Below are positions 30,301 through 37,489 of a stretch of DNA of 64,000 nt, piece after piece (position 1 is the first letter of the stretch; each line of letters opens with the position of its first letter). Source of the DNA: Promethearchaeota archaeon (GTDB taxonomy: Archaea > Asgardarchaeota > Lokiarchaeia > Sigyniarchaeales > SOKP01); NCBI GenBank assembly GCA_016839765.1, contig JAEOTP010000012.1, positions 49,892 to 113,891 of the forward strand, in the 5' to 3' direction. The position numbers and the translations under genes are program-made. The notes beneath the pieces are model-generated. The model was not told the origin of the DNA. It ran no database searches and worked only from the letters and a program-made list of their open reading frames with translations.

Positions 30301-30402
30301 GGAATTCCCTACCCGCTCATAACAATAGTACCAATCATGATTGTGTCTGTCATAACAATTACTATAATTTACTATAAAAAGACCAAAAAAAATAAGGAAT
30401 AA
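27316..30402 (+). CDS. Large secreted/anchored surface glycoprotein candidate with FN3 domain and C-terminal TM anchor
   Basis: It has a TTG start followed by a signal-like helix (FIVVVLILSGLLLLTV). It has an FN3-like unit (PPEPPDNFRAKNGAAHILLNWD...YNIYRG...YYYVVSA). I counted about 26 N-x-S/T sequons by eye. The C-terminus has a PTETETPT linker, a TM helix and a KKTKKNKE tail. Confidence 0.6.
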   Translation: MKLKSKFKLHFIVVVLILSGLLLLTVPSSKKVDKNDDNSEKIDIKAEKPKSSTSGIDFLYADKDIIKGNQTDGILWDENNIREVDGTYDSTDFALGNSYNFLEKEVSPLTIPIHTGTFGSTDGGDWNFTDTYKEKDYEYIYLRAAGGSDFPGIIKLKWGEYSDFSNITAKQVDSISLRYEVTPFLYPSNGLDQSTNLSIWAFADDGSNQYEVIDLYPTNKRIYTDWWNITQGSVFDRVKEGGYIKYLQLSMNCSEEIWSTVILHFDFVHIYYNYHKYDVQVDYTLNYGNYTLSDVPKFDLNIQMDETVIGLEIKLYNFANLEWDSMGTIDGIELIKKEILINGTHYFNGTKSIKLKFVKFNYFDTRSWSEYQIEPNMIKVTLYPPEPPDNFRAKNGAAHILLNWDSAITNGPPLMNYNIYRGEVAGGPKTLITTTITNQYNDTGVVIGTRYYYVVSATTIVGISENSTEDSGRAYEQPFIEWITPVNNTHIILPKGDPTTFTFEYDWVEMDDAELELDYGTFQRTYNVWNKTSIDIDVLNDYEDGSIIATLTGKNQSIVLDTDIIQLTFVRLLDEIMDTVNQSTIPLGQQLYMVLHDPNGDNSYSNFSETSVLSIGVGLGALTVVGENFGIEYFYGYCGTDTGASLLLENKMTAETGFDFRYEIIDATNLTSSQVYDDPDYIGPGYGDRYWGETWILKWVLNATEKTYSNGTHRWENPVLYYGIIRGVETFAGDFDAPPEWKSQNAIYNGSIPVNWLGMFMESGGAPYTSTHQVSETLTRKDSFELYFGSDATLKLPYIATNATFEMSIKNYAETGVGNIHEASYKIYDDEPDDFIVHQLGIDERFGTYIFNSSRFFCETSLPLEHNTFDYRPPDIDYPVVDLDSNDDGYGPTNEDFPVITVDIFEENGMQDVVIRYSINNGSFWDVIYLSELSGQVGTWQGTISNQTLNTTVLWYIQAWDNQGNYAIRYNYSVTPFKYTVIQKPAEPTETETPTGIPYPLITIVPIMIVSVITITIIYYKKTKKNKE

Positions 30403-30417
30403 ATTACCCTTTTTTTA

Positions 30418-30999
30418 TTATTGATTTTTTCGTAAATAGTATCCTTTATCAATCAAATTTAAAGCGATTAAATCATCTGATTCAAGATTATAGAAATTAT
30501 TTCCTTCAACTTTTGTAATACCAATTGCTATTATCTCTTTTAGTTCATTTAAAACTACTACTAGGTCATTTATTTTTAATTCCATCGAAATGTTCGATAC
30601 CATCTTTTTTAAGATATTATTTCCATAAAGAATTGATTTTTCACCTTGTATATTAACAATTATTTGATTTTTTTCAAGGATGTATTTATTTCTATATAAA
30701 AATTCAGCTCCTTCTAAACTTAAAAAGAAAAACCCTTTCTTTATAAAGCCAAAATAAAGCCCCATTGAATAACTATAAGAAGTTAATTGAAGTAATTGTT
30801 TTAAATCCTTGTTCCTGGGTTTAATTAAATAAATTGGAAGTTGATTACCCTTAATAACTGGAGAATTTAAAAGTATATACAAATCATATAATTTTTCATC
30901 CAATATTGATATAAATTTAATTGAGATTTGAGAAAGAGAATTTGCAATAATATTTTTTTCATAATTATTAATAGGTCTAAAATTTTTTGAATCATTCAT
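30418..30999 (-). CDS. NIP7-like pre-PUA + PUA domain protein (ribosome biogenesis factor homolog)
   Basis: FRPINNYEKNII..., GLYFGFIKKGFFFLSLEGAEFL, GEKSILYGNNILK and DLVVVLNELKEIIAIGI...LIDKGYYLR parallel the eukaryotic NIP7 layout. An internal ATG at 30999 is preferred over the ORF start at 31047. Confidence 0.6.
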   Translation of the reverse strand: MNDSKNFRPINNYEKNIIANSLSQISIKFISILDEKLYDLYILLNSPVIKGNQLPIYLIKPRNKDLKQLLQLTSYSYSMGLYFGFIKKGFFFLSLEGAEFLYRNKYILEKNQIIVNIQGEKSILYGNNILKKMVSNISMELKINDLVVVLNELKEIIAIGITKVEGNNFYNLESDDLIALNLIDKGYYLRKNQ

Positions 31000-31077
31000 A
31001 ATTGATTTAAATGAAAAGAAATAAGTAGATTTATTAATATTAATCAAATAAGATATTAAAAAATAGTGTTAAGAAAG

Positions 31078-31794
31078 ATGGGTATTCGAAAAATAGAAGA
31101 TGAAATTGATCTAAAAGAAGCTATGAAGAAAAAGGCAGCAGAATTAAGGTTGAAAGACATCCAAGCTAAAGCAGCTGCAGAAAAGTTTACAAAAGAAAGA
31201 TTAAGAGAACTGGCTAAAAAACATGGTGTAATATTAGCTCTAACTCCAGAATTGAAGGAGGAAGTAAAATATTTGCAAAAACTATACAAGATTCCCACTT
31301 CAAAAATTATAATAGAACAAATTACGGAACATGATGTAATTAAGAAATCGTCTAAAATTGACCATGAAAAGTTGGGTATGTTAGCTTATCAAAGAGTTCT
31401 TATGCAAAAAGAAGAAATTGGAGCGGGAGTATTACCAATCTCAGAAGTTTTTGATATTATTAACACTGGAATATTAAAGGGTAATGTTGAGATAAAAGAT
31501 CTCAAAAAAGCTTTAAGAATATTAAAGAAGTATAATGTAATTGACGATTTACAGGAGTTAGATTCCGGTACTATGATGATTAGATTCTTTCCAGTTCAAT
31601 ATACAAGTGATCAAATAAAAGTTATTGAAGTAGCTAAAGAAAATGGTTTTGTATCTCTTGAAGACGTATGTGTGAATCTAAATTGGCCTCAGGACAGAGC
31701 TTTAAAGGCCTTAAAATCACTTGAGGAAAGTGGAATAGCAAAATTTAGGGAATCCCTATTAAAAGGTAAACAATGGTATTTTCCATCGATGTAA
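31078..31794 (+). CDS. ESCRT-II Vps22/Vps36-like protein (EAP30 domain, tandem winged helices)
   Basis: The C-terminal 150 aa align by eye with SNF8/EAP30: GVLPISEVFDII..., IKDLKKALRILKK, MMIRFFPVQ, VIEVAKENGFVSLEDVCVNLNWPQDRALKALKSLEESGIA, QWYFPS. The N-terminus is a K/E/A-rich helix. Confidence 0.8.
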   Translation: MGIRKIEDEIDLKEAMKKKAAELRLKDIQAKAAAEKFTKERLRELAKKHGVILALTPELKEEVKYLQKLYKIPTSKIIIEQITEHDVIKKSSKIDHEKLGMLAYQRVLMQKEEIGAGVLPISEVFDIINTGILKGNVEIKDLKKALRILKKYNVIDDLQELDSGTMMIRFFPVQYTSDQIKVIEVAKENGFVSLEDVCVNLNWPQDRALKALKSLEESGIAKFRESLLKGKQWYFPSM

Positions 31795-31798
31795 AAAT

Positions 31799-32698
31799 TT
31801 ATTCTGCTTTAATTTTAAAAGAAATTTGCCCATCCTCAGATTTTATTATTCTTCCACGTTCATTTTTTTCAAGCATCTTGAAAATTTCAATTAAATCTTC
31901 TTTTGGAAGATTACTAAAATCCTTATTAGACTCTCTTATTTCAAATATTAAAATTGGCTCTAGGGGTGAAATCTCCATTACCCATTCATAAATTTCCTCT
32001 GCCCAGTTATCAAGCGTTTTCCAGTATATTCTCAACTTTTCTTTACTTTTGGATAACCAAAGTGCTTGATTTTTCTCAACTAGATCCTCAGCAATAATTT
32101 CTAAAGCAGTATGTCGATCTTCAAACTTAGAAAAAGGTTTTTCTGATTGTAATTTTCTTAAATATAAGATATGAAGTATAGCATATCTTGCATAATCAAA
32201 AATAACTTTTGACCATTCACTTTTCCATGATTCAAAATCTGTATGATTGGTCTTTTTATTGGGAATTGAAAACATGAATACATATCTTTTTTCTTCAAGC
32301 CATGGATGATCATTTAGTAATAATTCATAGGTGGATACTTCTTTAGCAACAACACCCTTTTCGCCAACTATCTCTTGTTCTATTGCTTCAAGTTCTTTTT
32401 CTATTTGTTCAGAATGTTGTTTGTATGCTTTTGAATCTACATCTCCCAGTTTACTTGTTAAAAAATCCTCAATTCTATCCAAGCGGGTTTCAATATCTTC
32501 AGTTATGGCTTTTTCAGAAGTCTCGTTTTGTGCTCCCTCTTCTTTAATTATTTCATTTTCCTCAACTTCTTGAAGTTTTTTTTGTCTTTTTAGTTCTTTT
32601 AATCTTGCTAATTCTTTCCTTAAATCATCTAATTCTTTTCCTGCTTTCTCTTCAGGTTCTTTAGGGATTTCTTTTGATTTTTCTCCTTGCCGTTCCAT
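31799..32698 (-). CDS. ESCRT-II Vps25-like protein with ~130-aa N-terminal E/K-rich coiled-coil extension
   Basis: The C-terminal half resembles Vps25: WSKVIFDYARY..., ALWLSKSKEKLRIYWKTLDNWAEEIYEWV, FSNLPKEDLIEIFKMLEKNERGRII..DGQISFKI. Confidence 0.75.
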   Translation of the reverse strand: MERQGEKSKEIPKEPEEKAGKELDDLRKELARLKELKRQKKLQEVEENEIIKEEGAQNETSEKAITEDIETRLDRIEDFLTSKLGDVDSKAYKQHSEQIEKELEAIEQEIVGEKGVVAKEVSTYELLLNDHPWLEEKRYVFMFSIPNKKTNHTDFESWKSEWSKVIFDYARYAILHILYLRKLQSEKPFSKFEDRHTALEIIAEDLVEKNQALWLSKSKEKLRIYWKTLDNWAEEIYEWVMEISPLEPILIFEIRESNKDFSNLPKEDLIEIFKMLEKNERGRIIKSEDGQISFKIKAE

Positions 32699-32721
32699 TT
32701 TTTATGCAACCAACTTTTTTA

Positions 32722-33912
32722 TTAAAATTCTCCGAATTCTTCAGCCCAATCTTGATATCTTTTTAATACAGACCCAGTGGTCATTGGTTTTATTTTTTTA
32801 ATCGTTTTTAGAAAATCTTTTAAATTTATATCCCTTACAATGACTTCTTTATCTGGATCTTCCAACAATCCTCCCATATCTAATTCTCGAACAGGAATCA
32901 TTATTACCTCTCGACATACATTAGAAATGTCTCGACCTGAATAACCATCAGAACGAACAGCCAATTCAATAAAATCTTCATCCTTTAATGCAGAATTAAC
33001 ACCTGCGGTATGAATCTTAAAAATTCCTGCTCTAGCTGGTTGATCTGGAAGGGGAACATATACCTTTTTTTCGAATCTACTTAACATTGCGATATCAATA
33101 TCCCAAGGTCGATTTGTAGCTCCGAGTACAAGTAATGGTTTGTCATGAGTTGATTTTACTCCTTGGATTTCTTGTAATAACTGGGTTTTTACTCTTCTCT
33201 CTCCCCCTCCTTCATGACCACTTCCTCTCGTTGTGGTTACAGAATCAATTTCATCCATGAAAATTAAGCTTGGTGCTTTCAGTCGAGCTACTTTGAACAA
33301 AGATGATATTAACTTCTCACTCTCACCTAACCACTTACTTAATAAATCTGCTGATGAAACACTGAAAAAAGTGGCTTTACATTCAGTCGCTGCTGCCTTA
33401 GCTAGCAAAGTCTTTCCACATCCAGGAGGCCCAAATAGCAATATCCCTGACCATGGTTTCCTAGCACCAGTAAATAATTGTGGTTTCATAATTGGTAACA
33501 CTATAGCTTCTCTTACAGCTTGCTTACAATCTTTTAAGCCTGCAATATCTTTCCATTTAACATTTGGTGATTCTGTTAAAATCGTGCCTGAAATGGAATC
33601 CATAAGTTCTTGTTCTTCTGAAGACACAGCACCTTCCTCCCCTCCTTCTCCTTTTGGCTCACTTGGACTTACTGCTGGAGATGATCTTCGTGCTCGTGGA
33701 CCACTTAAATGAGCTTTAAGAGCTTGGGCACGAGTAACATACTGTTCAATTTGATCTTGGCATTTTCTTATCATCATGGGATTTTTATTATATTTGACAA
33801 ATTGAATAAGTATTTCAGCTGCCCGTTGATATTTGTTTATAGCTTGTCTATATCTACCTGCTTCATCTAATTTTACAGCGGCATTTGCTTCTTCAACAGC
33901 ATATTGATACAA
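32722..33912 (-). CDS. vps4: Vps4 (MIT domain + AAA+ ATPase), ESCRT-III disassembly ATPase
   Basis: It has an MIT-like N-terminus (AVEEANAAVKLDEAGRYRQAINKYQRAAEIL) and Walker A (GILLFGPPGCGKT). It also has SKWLGESEKL, Walker B (LIFMDEIDS), VLGATNRPWDID, SRFEKKVYVPLP and a C-terminal WAEEFG helix. These closely match eukaryotic VPS4 blocks. The apparent start is TTG. Confidence 0.92.
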   Translation of the reverse strand: MYQYAVEEANAAVKLDEAGRYRQAINKYQRAAEILIQFVKYNKNPMMIRKCQDQIEQYVTRAQALKAHLSGPRARRSSPAVSPSEPKGEGGEEGAVSSEEQELMDSISGTILTESPNVKWKDIAGLKDCKQAVREAIVLPIMKPQLFTGARKPWSGILLFGPPGCGKTLLAKAAATECKATFFSVSSADLLSKWLGESEKLISSLFKVARLKAPSLIFMDEIDSVTTTRGSGHEGGGERRVKTQLLQEIQGVKSTHDKPLLVLGATNRPWDIDIAMLSRFEKKVYVPLPDQPARAGIFKIHTAGVNSALKDEDFIELAVRSDGYSGRDISNVCREVIMIPVRELDMGGLLEDPDKEVIVRDINLKDFLKTIKKIKPMTTGSVLKRYQDWAEEFGEF

Positions 33913-34204
33913 TTTGGAGTCTACTGATGAGATAATAATAACCTCTTATTTTTAGCTTATTTTATTGTATAATATTTCAATTGTTATTTAAATTAATCTA
34001 ATACTAATCTTTCCTTATAATTAATATTAAATAAAAGGTATTTCAAATTTTCTTTTTAATCATATAGATTCTAAATAATTCTTATTTTATTTGTAGTTTC
34101 TTCTCAAACATTTGACGTAATTATTGGTCTACAAAAAATTATATAATCTCGAATTTTTTTATATATTATAAAACAACTAAAAATCAAAATGAGATTGAAT
34201 CAAA

Positions 34205-34834
34205 ATGGGTTTTCTTAAAGATCTATCAGGCTGGTTGTCTGGAGGCCGTAAAAAGGATACAGTTCGTTCTGCAACAATTAGATTGAAAGTTTTCAATAAA
34301 CGATTAATGAGACAGACTAAAAAAATGGAAATAACTGCCAAACAAGCAAGAGATAAAGCTGTAAATCTTCGAAAGGCAGGTGATATGGAAGGATCTACAT
34401 TTCACGCTCGTAATTATCTCCAAGTTAAAAAACAAGCAAGGGCAATAGATTTATTCAGGACAAACCTTGAAGGCATGGTATTTAAATTAGAACAAGCAAC
34501 AGCAGTTAAAGATGTTGCTGATATTATGCATGGAATTGCACAAAGCTTGGGAGCATTAAAGAATCAATTGTCTATTCCACAAATCACAGAACTAATGACC
34601 CAAATTGGAGTAGATATAGAGGATTTTAGTGTAACTGAGGAAATCACCACTGATGGTATAAATGAGGTTATGCTAGACACAGCAGTTACTGATAATGATG
34701 TTAAGGAAGTATTAGGCGAAATAGATGCCGAAATAGGTGCTGAAATTGGTGGAGCACTTCCATCTGTGGCAGAACCTGATGGAAAAGTTAAAGAATTAGA
34801 AGATGAGTTACGAAAATTGAAATCAAAAGATTAA
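34205..34834 (+). CDS. ESCRT-III subunit, Snf7 family, Vps2/24/46 (CHMP1-3)-like
   Basis: It has a basic N-terminal helical hairpin and an acidic C-terminal half. LKNQLSIPQITELMTQI parallels CHMP2 NRQLKLPQIQKIMMEF. The C-terminus has a MIM-like helix (KELEDELRKLKSK). Confidence 0.85.
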   Translation: MGFLKDLSGWLSGGRKKDTVRSATIRLKVFNKRLMRQTKKMEITAKQARDKAVNLRKAGDMEGSTFHARNYLQVKKQARAIDLFRTNLEGMVFKLEQATAVKDVADIMHGIAQSLGALKNQLSIPQITELMTQIGVDIEDFSVTEEITTDGINEVMLDTAVTDNDVKEVLGEIDAEIGAEIGGALPSVAEPDGKVKELEDELRKLKSKD

Positions 34835-34933
34835 TACAAACTTTTTCCTATACATTTTGAAGTAAAATTATTTAAGATCAAATACTATTTTTAACTTATT
34901 CTTTAATTCAATTATTAATATTTCGTGTTATTT

Positions 34934-35953
34934 ATGACCAATAATTATGATTTAATTTCAATTGGCAGCTGTACACTTGATTGTATAATCTCTGTAAAAG
35001 ATATTCTCAGATTTGAATTATTCGAAAAGGAAATAGTTAAAAAGTATACAGCAATTGAGTATAGCCGAAAATTGAATGTGGAAAATATGCGATTTGTTCC
35101 GGGAGGTTCAGGTGCTAATATTGCTGCCGATTGTGCAATGTTAGGATTAAAGTCAACTTATATAGGTGTTTTAGGAAATGATTTCTCTGCTCAAATTTGC
35201 TTAGAAGATTTAAAAAAGAGAGGGGTTGATACTTCAAATATTAAGCAAACACATGAGGATAAAACTGCTTTTTCATTAATTTTGAAGACTGAATGGGGAA
35301 AGGATAGGAGTATTTTAGCATATAAAGGAGCAAATAATTTACTTACTCCAGATGATGTAAGAGAAGAACTATTTGAAGGGATTAAAGCTTTTGGTTGGAG
35401 TTCCTTAACTTCTGAAAATGGATGTCAAGCAATTGATAAAGCAATTTCACTGACAAAAGAGAATGGAGGAAGAGTTTTTGCTGCTCCCAGTATGTCTATC
35501 ATTAAAAACAATCCAATATGGGCAAAAAAATTAATATCAAAATCAGAAATCGTATCGATGAACGCTGAAGAAGCACAAGAATTTACAAATGAATCTGATA
35601 GCTATTATAGTCTTAGAAAAATTTTTGAAATGGGTCCAAAGCTAGTATCAATTACTGATGGAGCTAAAGGCTCTTTGTTGACTGATGGTAAGAAAGTTAT
35701 TAAAAGTGGAGTTTATAATGTTGATGTAAAAGATACAACTGGAGCAGGGGATGCTTTTCTAAGCGGTTTGTTAGTTTCTATTTTAACTGGAATTTCTTTA
35801 GATAAAATGATTAAATTAGCAACCGCAATGTCTTCATTAGAGGCTATGGAAGTAGGCGTTCGAACAGGAATTCCTAATAATATTCAAGAATTAGAGAAAT
35901 TCATCGCATCTCAAGAATTACAACAAATTGTTTCAGAACTCACTCAATTTTAA
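34934..35953 (+). CDS. PfkB-family carbohydrate/nucleoside kinase
   Basis: It has GGSGANIA near the N-terminus and the C-terminal signature DTTGAGDAFLSG. The ATG at 34934 is preferred over the GTG at 34925. Confidence 0.75.
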   Translation: MTNNYDLISIGSCTLDCIISVKDILRFELFEKEIVKKYTAIEYSRKLNVENMRFVPGGSGANIAADCAMLGLKSTYIGVLGNDFSAQICLEDLKKRGVDTSNIKQTHEDKTAFSLILKTEWGKDRSILAYKGANNLLTPDDVREELFEGIKAFGWSSLTSENGCQAIDKAISLTKENGGRVFAAPSMSIIKNNPIWAKKLISKSEIVSMNAEEAQEFTNESDSYYSLRKIFEMGPKLVSITDGAKGSLLTDGKKVIKSGVYNVDVKDTTGAGDAFLSGLLVSILTGISLDKMIKLATAMSSLEAMEVGVRTGIPNNIQELEKFIASQELQQIVSELTQF

Positions 35954-35969
35954 AATCAATAATTAAATT
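35930..35969. repeat. Left copy of a ~40-bp imperfect direct repeat (spans the PfkB stop codon)
   Basis: gtttcagaactcactcaattttaaaatcaataattaaatt compares with 36745..36784 gtttcaaaactcactcaattttaaaatcgaaaattaaatt (3 mismatches). Confidence 0.85.
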
Positions 35970-36060
35970 CAATTTTTAATGTAATACAAAAAAAACACCT
36001 AAAAATGAGATTAAGAATTACTAACTCTAATTTAAATCCTGATTTAAAAAAAAAAAAAAT

Positions 36061-36576
36061 TTAATTAAAAGTTTGGACAAATAATGAACAAGGTCTAACT
36101 GAATCAGCAGTACTACTTCCCTTATATACTAATGTAACAGTATGACTTCCTGAAGTCATGGTTGTGTTATAATGCTGTAATGATACAGACATTCGTAAAC
36201 CATGAGCAGAAGCAATATTATATCTTTGTACATAAATTCGAGGTTGAGGCCACATAAGGCCATCTATTTCAAAATGAACTTCAACATAACTAGTAGGATT
36301 CGAGCTATCATCAAAATTTATTTCAGCTATAAATAAAAAATAAACATCTTGTCCCGAACTAACATCAAAATCTATGGATATACTGGAAATAGTTCCCCAA
36401 GCTTCGCTTGCTTGCATGTAAAACACAGTCGTAGAAAAATCATACCATTGATTTTCTGCTGGTGATGTAGGAGGACTTGCAATATAATTGTCATATAAAA
36501 TGAAACCTGTTGCTCCAAGACTAACGATTAGAGCAATCACCGCAATAATACTACTACCTCTTCCCATCTTTTCCAT
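36061..36576 (-). CDS. N-terminally membrane-anchored beta-rich hypothetical protein (cargo of repeat-flanked segment)
   Basis: The N-terminus (MEKMGRGSSIIAVIALIVSLGATGFIL) is followed by a Ser/Thr-rich, strand-like sequence. I recognise no family. Confidence 0.4.
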   Translation of the reverse strand: MEKMGRGSSIIAVIALIVSLGATGFILYDNYIASPPTSPAENQWYDFSTTVFYMQASEAWGTISSISIDFDVSSGQDVYFLFIAEINFDDSSNPTSYVEVHFEIDGLMWPQPRIYVQRYNIASAHGLRMSVSLQHYNTTMTSGSHTVTLVYKGSSTADSVRPCSLFVQTFN

Positions 36577-36744
36577 CTTTTTTTATTTTAAATGAAATTT
36601 GTAATTAAATATAATTCATAGGCTTTTAAATTTATCTAACGAAATTTTTTACTCAGTCGATATATTATCCATTTTGCGAGAGTGGACCACTTGAACCCGA
36701 TTATGTCCGTAAATATATTTTTCCTCCTCTTTCTTTTTTACACC

Positions 36745-36784
36745 GTTTCAAAACTCACTCAATTTTAAAATCGAAAATTAAATT
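36745..36784. repeat. Right copy of the ~40-bp imperfect direct repeat (decayed duplicate of the PfkB 3' end)
   Basis: See 35930..35969. Weaker similarity extends a few nt further upstream (ttaca...). Confidence 0.85.
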
Positions 36785-36848
36785 TCAAAACTTTTTAAAT
36801 CTATTGATTAACTAATCCTTATATTAAAAGTTTAATATAATAAAATAG

Positions 36849-37373
36849 ATGGATGTTTACAAGTTTAAGATCGTGATTATTGGCGATGGTGGTGTTGGAA
36901 AAACAACATTAACACATCGGTATCTCACGGGTGTCTTTAAAGAAACTTACAAATTGACTCTTGGAATGGATTTCTATTTAAAAAAGCTAGAAATGAATGG
37001 AAAACAGATAAAACTTCACATTTGGGATTTTGCTGGAGAAGAAAAGTTTAGATTTTTATTACCTAGTGCTGTTCTTGCCGCACAGGGGACAATTTTTATG
37101 TATGATATTACAAGGTATAATACATTTAAGAATTTAACTGACTGGTTATCTGTTTTTGATGAAGCAAATAAAACTCATAATCAGGAAGTATCTACGATTT
37201 TAGTAGCAAGTAAATTAGATCTTGAGGAAAATCGAGCAGTTTCTGAGAATGAGGGCAAAATTTTTGCAGAAGAATATAAATTCTCAGAATATATAGAAAG
37301 TTCTTCAAAAACAGGGGAAAATGTTGACTATATATTTGAAAAAATCACGAGAATAATACTTAAAAAGATATAA
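36849..37373 (+). CDS. Rab/Ras-like small GTPase with non-canonical G3 and G4 motifs
   Basis: G1 is GDGGVGKT, switch I is YKLTLGMDF, G3 is WDFAGEE, G4 is ASKLD and G5 is SSK. It is 174 aa with no C-terminal Cys. Confidence 0.85.
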   Translation: MDVYKFKIVIIGDGGVGKTTLTHRYLTGVFKETYKLTLGMDFYLKKLEMNGKQIKLHIWDFAGEEKFRFLLPSAVLAAQGTIFMYDITRYNTFKNLTDWLSVFDEANKTHNQEVSTILVASKLDLEENRAVSENEGKIFAEEYKFSEYIESSSKTGENVDYIFEKITRIILKKI

Positions 37374-37489
37374 ACCTTTACCACTTATCTAATTTCTTTT
37401 AGTACTAATTTAAAACATCTAATTATCATTATACTTATAATGCATCATAATAACTAGTATTAAATTTTATAATTTGAGTTGAAATTAAG

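Noticed and set aside
33233-33712. A 159-aa plus-strand ORF lying entirely inside vps4.
   Set aside because: It is antisense to a very strongly conserved AAA ATPase gene. Its translation is Ser/Ala/Pro-biased with no motif, which is the usual shadow-ORF artefact.
33925-33930. A tgatga (C-box-like) motif in the vps4 upstream region, considered as a C/D box sRNA.
   Set aside because: There is no preceding purine, no CUGA D box at the proper distance and no terminal stem.
36675-36699. A GC-rich island whose minus strand reads CGGGTTCAAGTGGTCCACTCTCGCA, superficially like a tRNA T-arm plus acceptor 3' end (a possible att remnant).
   Set aside because: The flanks of TTCAAGT (TCGGG / GGTCC) do not pair as a T-stem, and no matching tRNA exists nearby. 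It is kept only as a note within the cassette finding.
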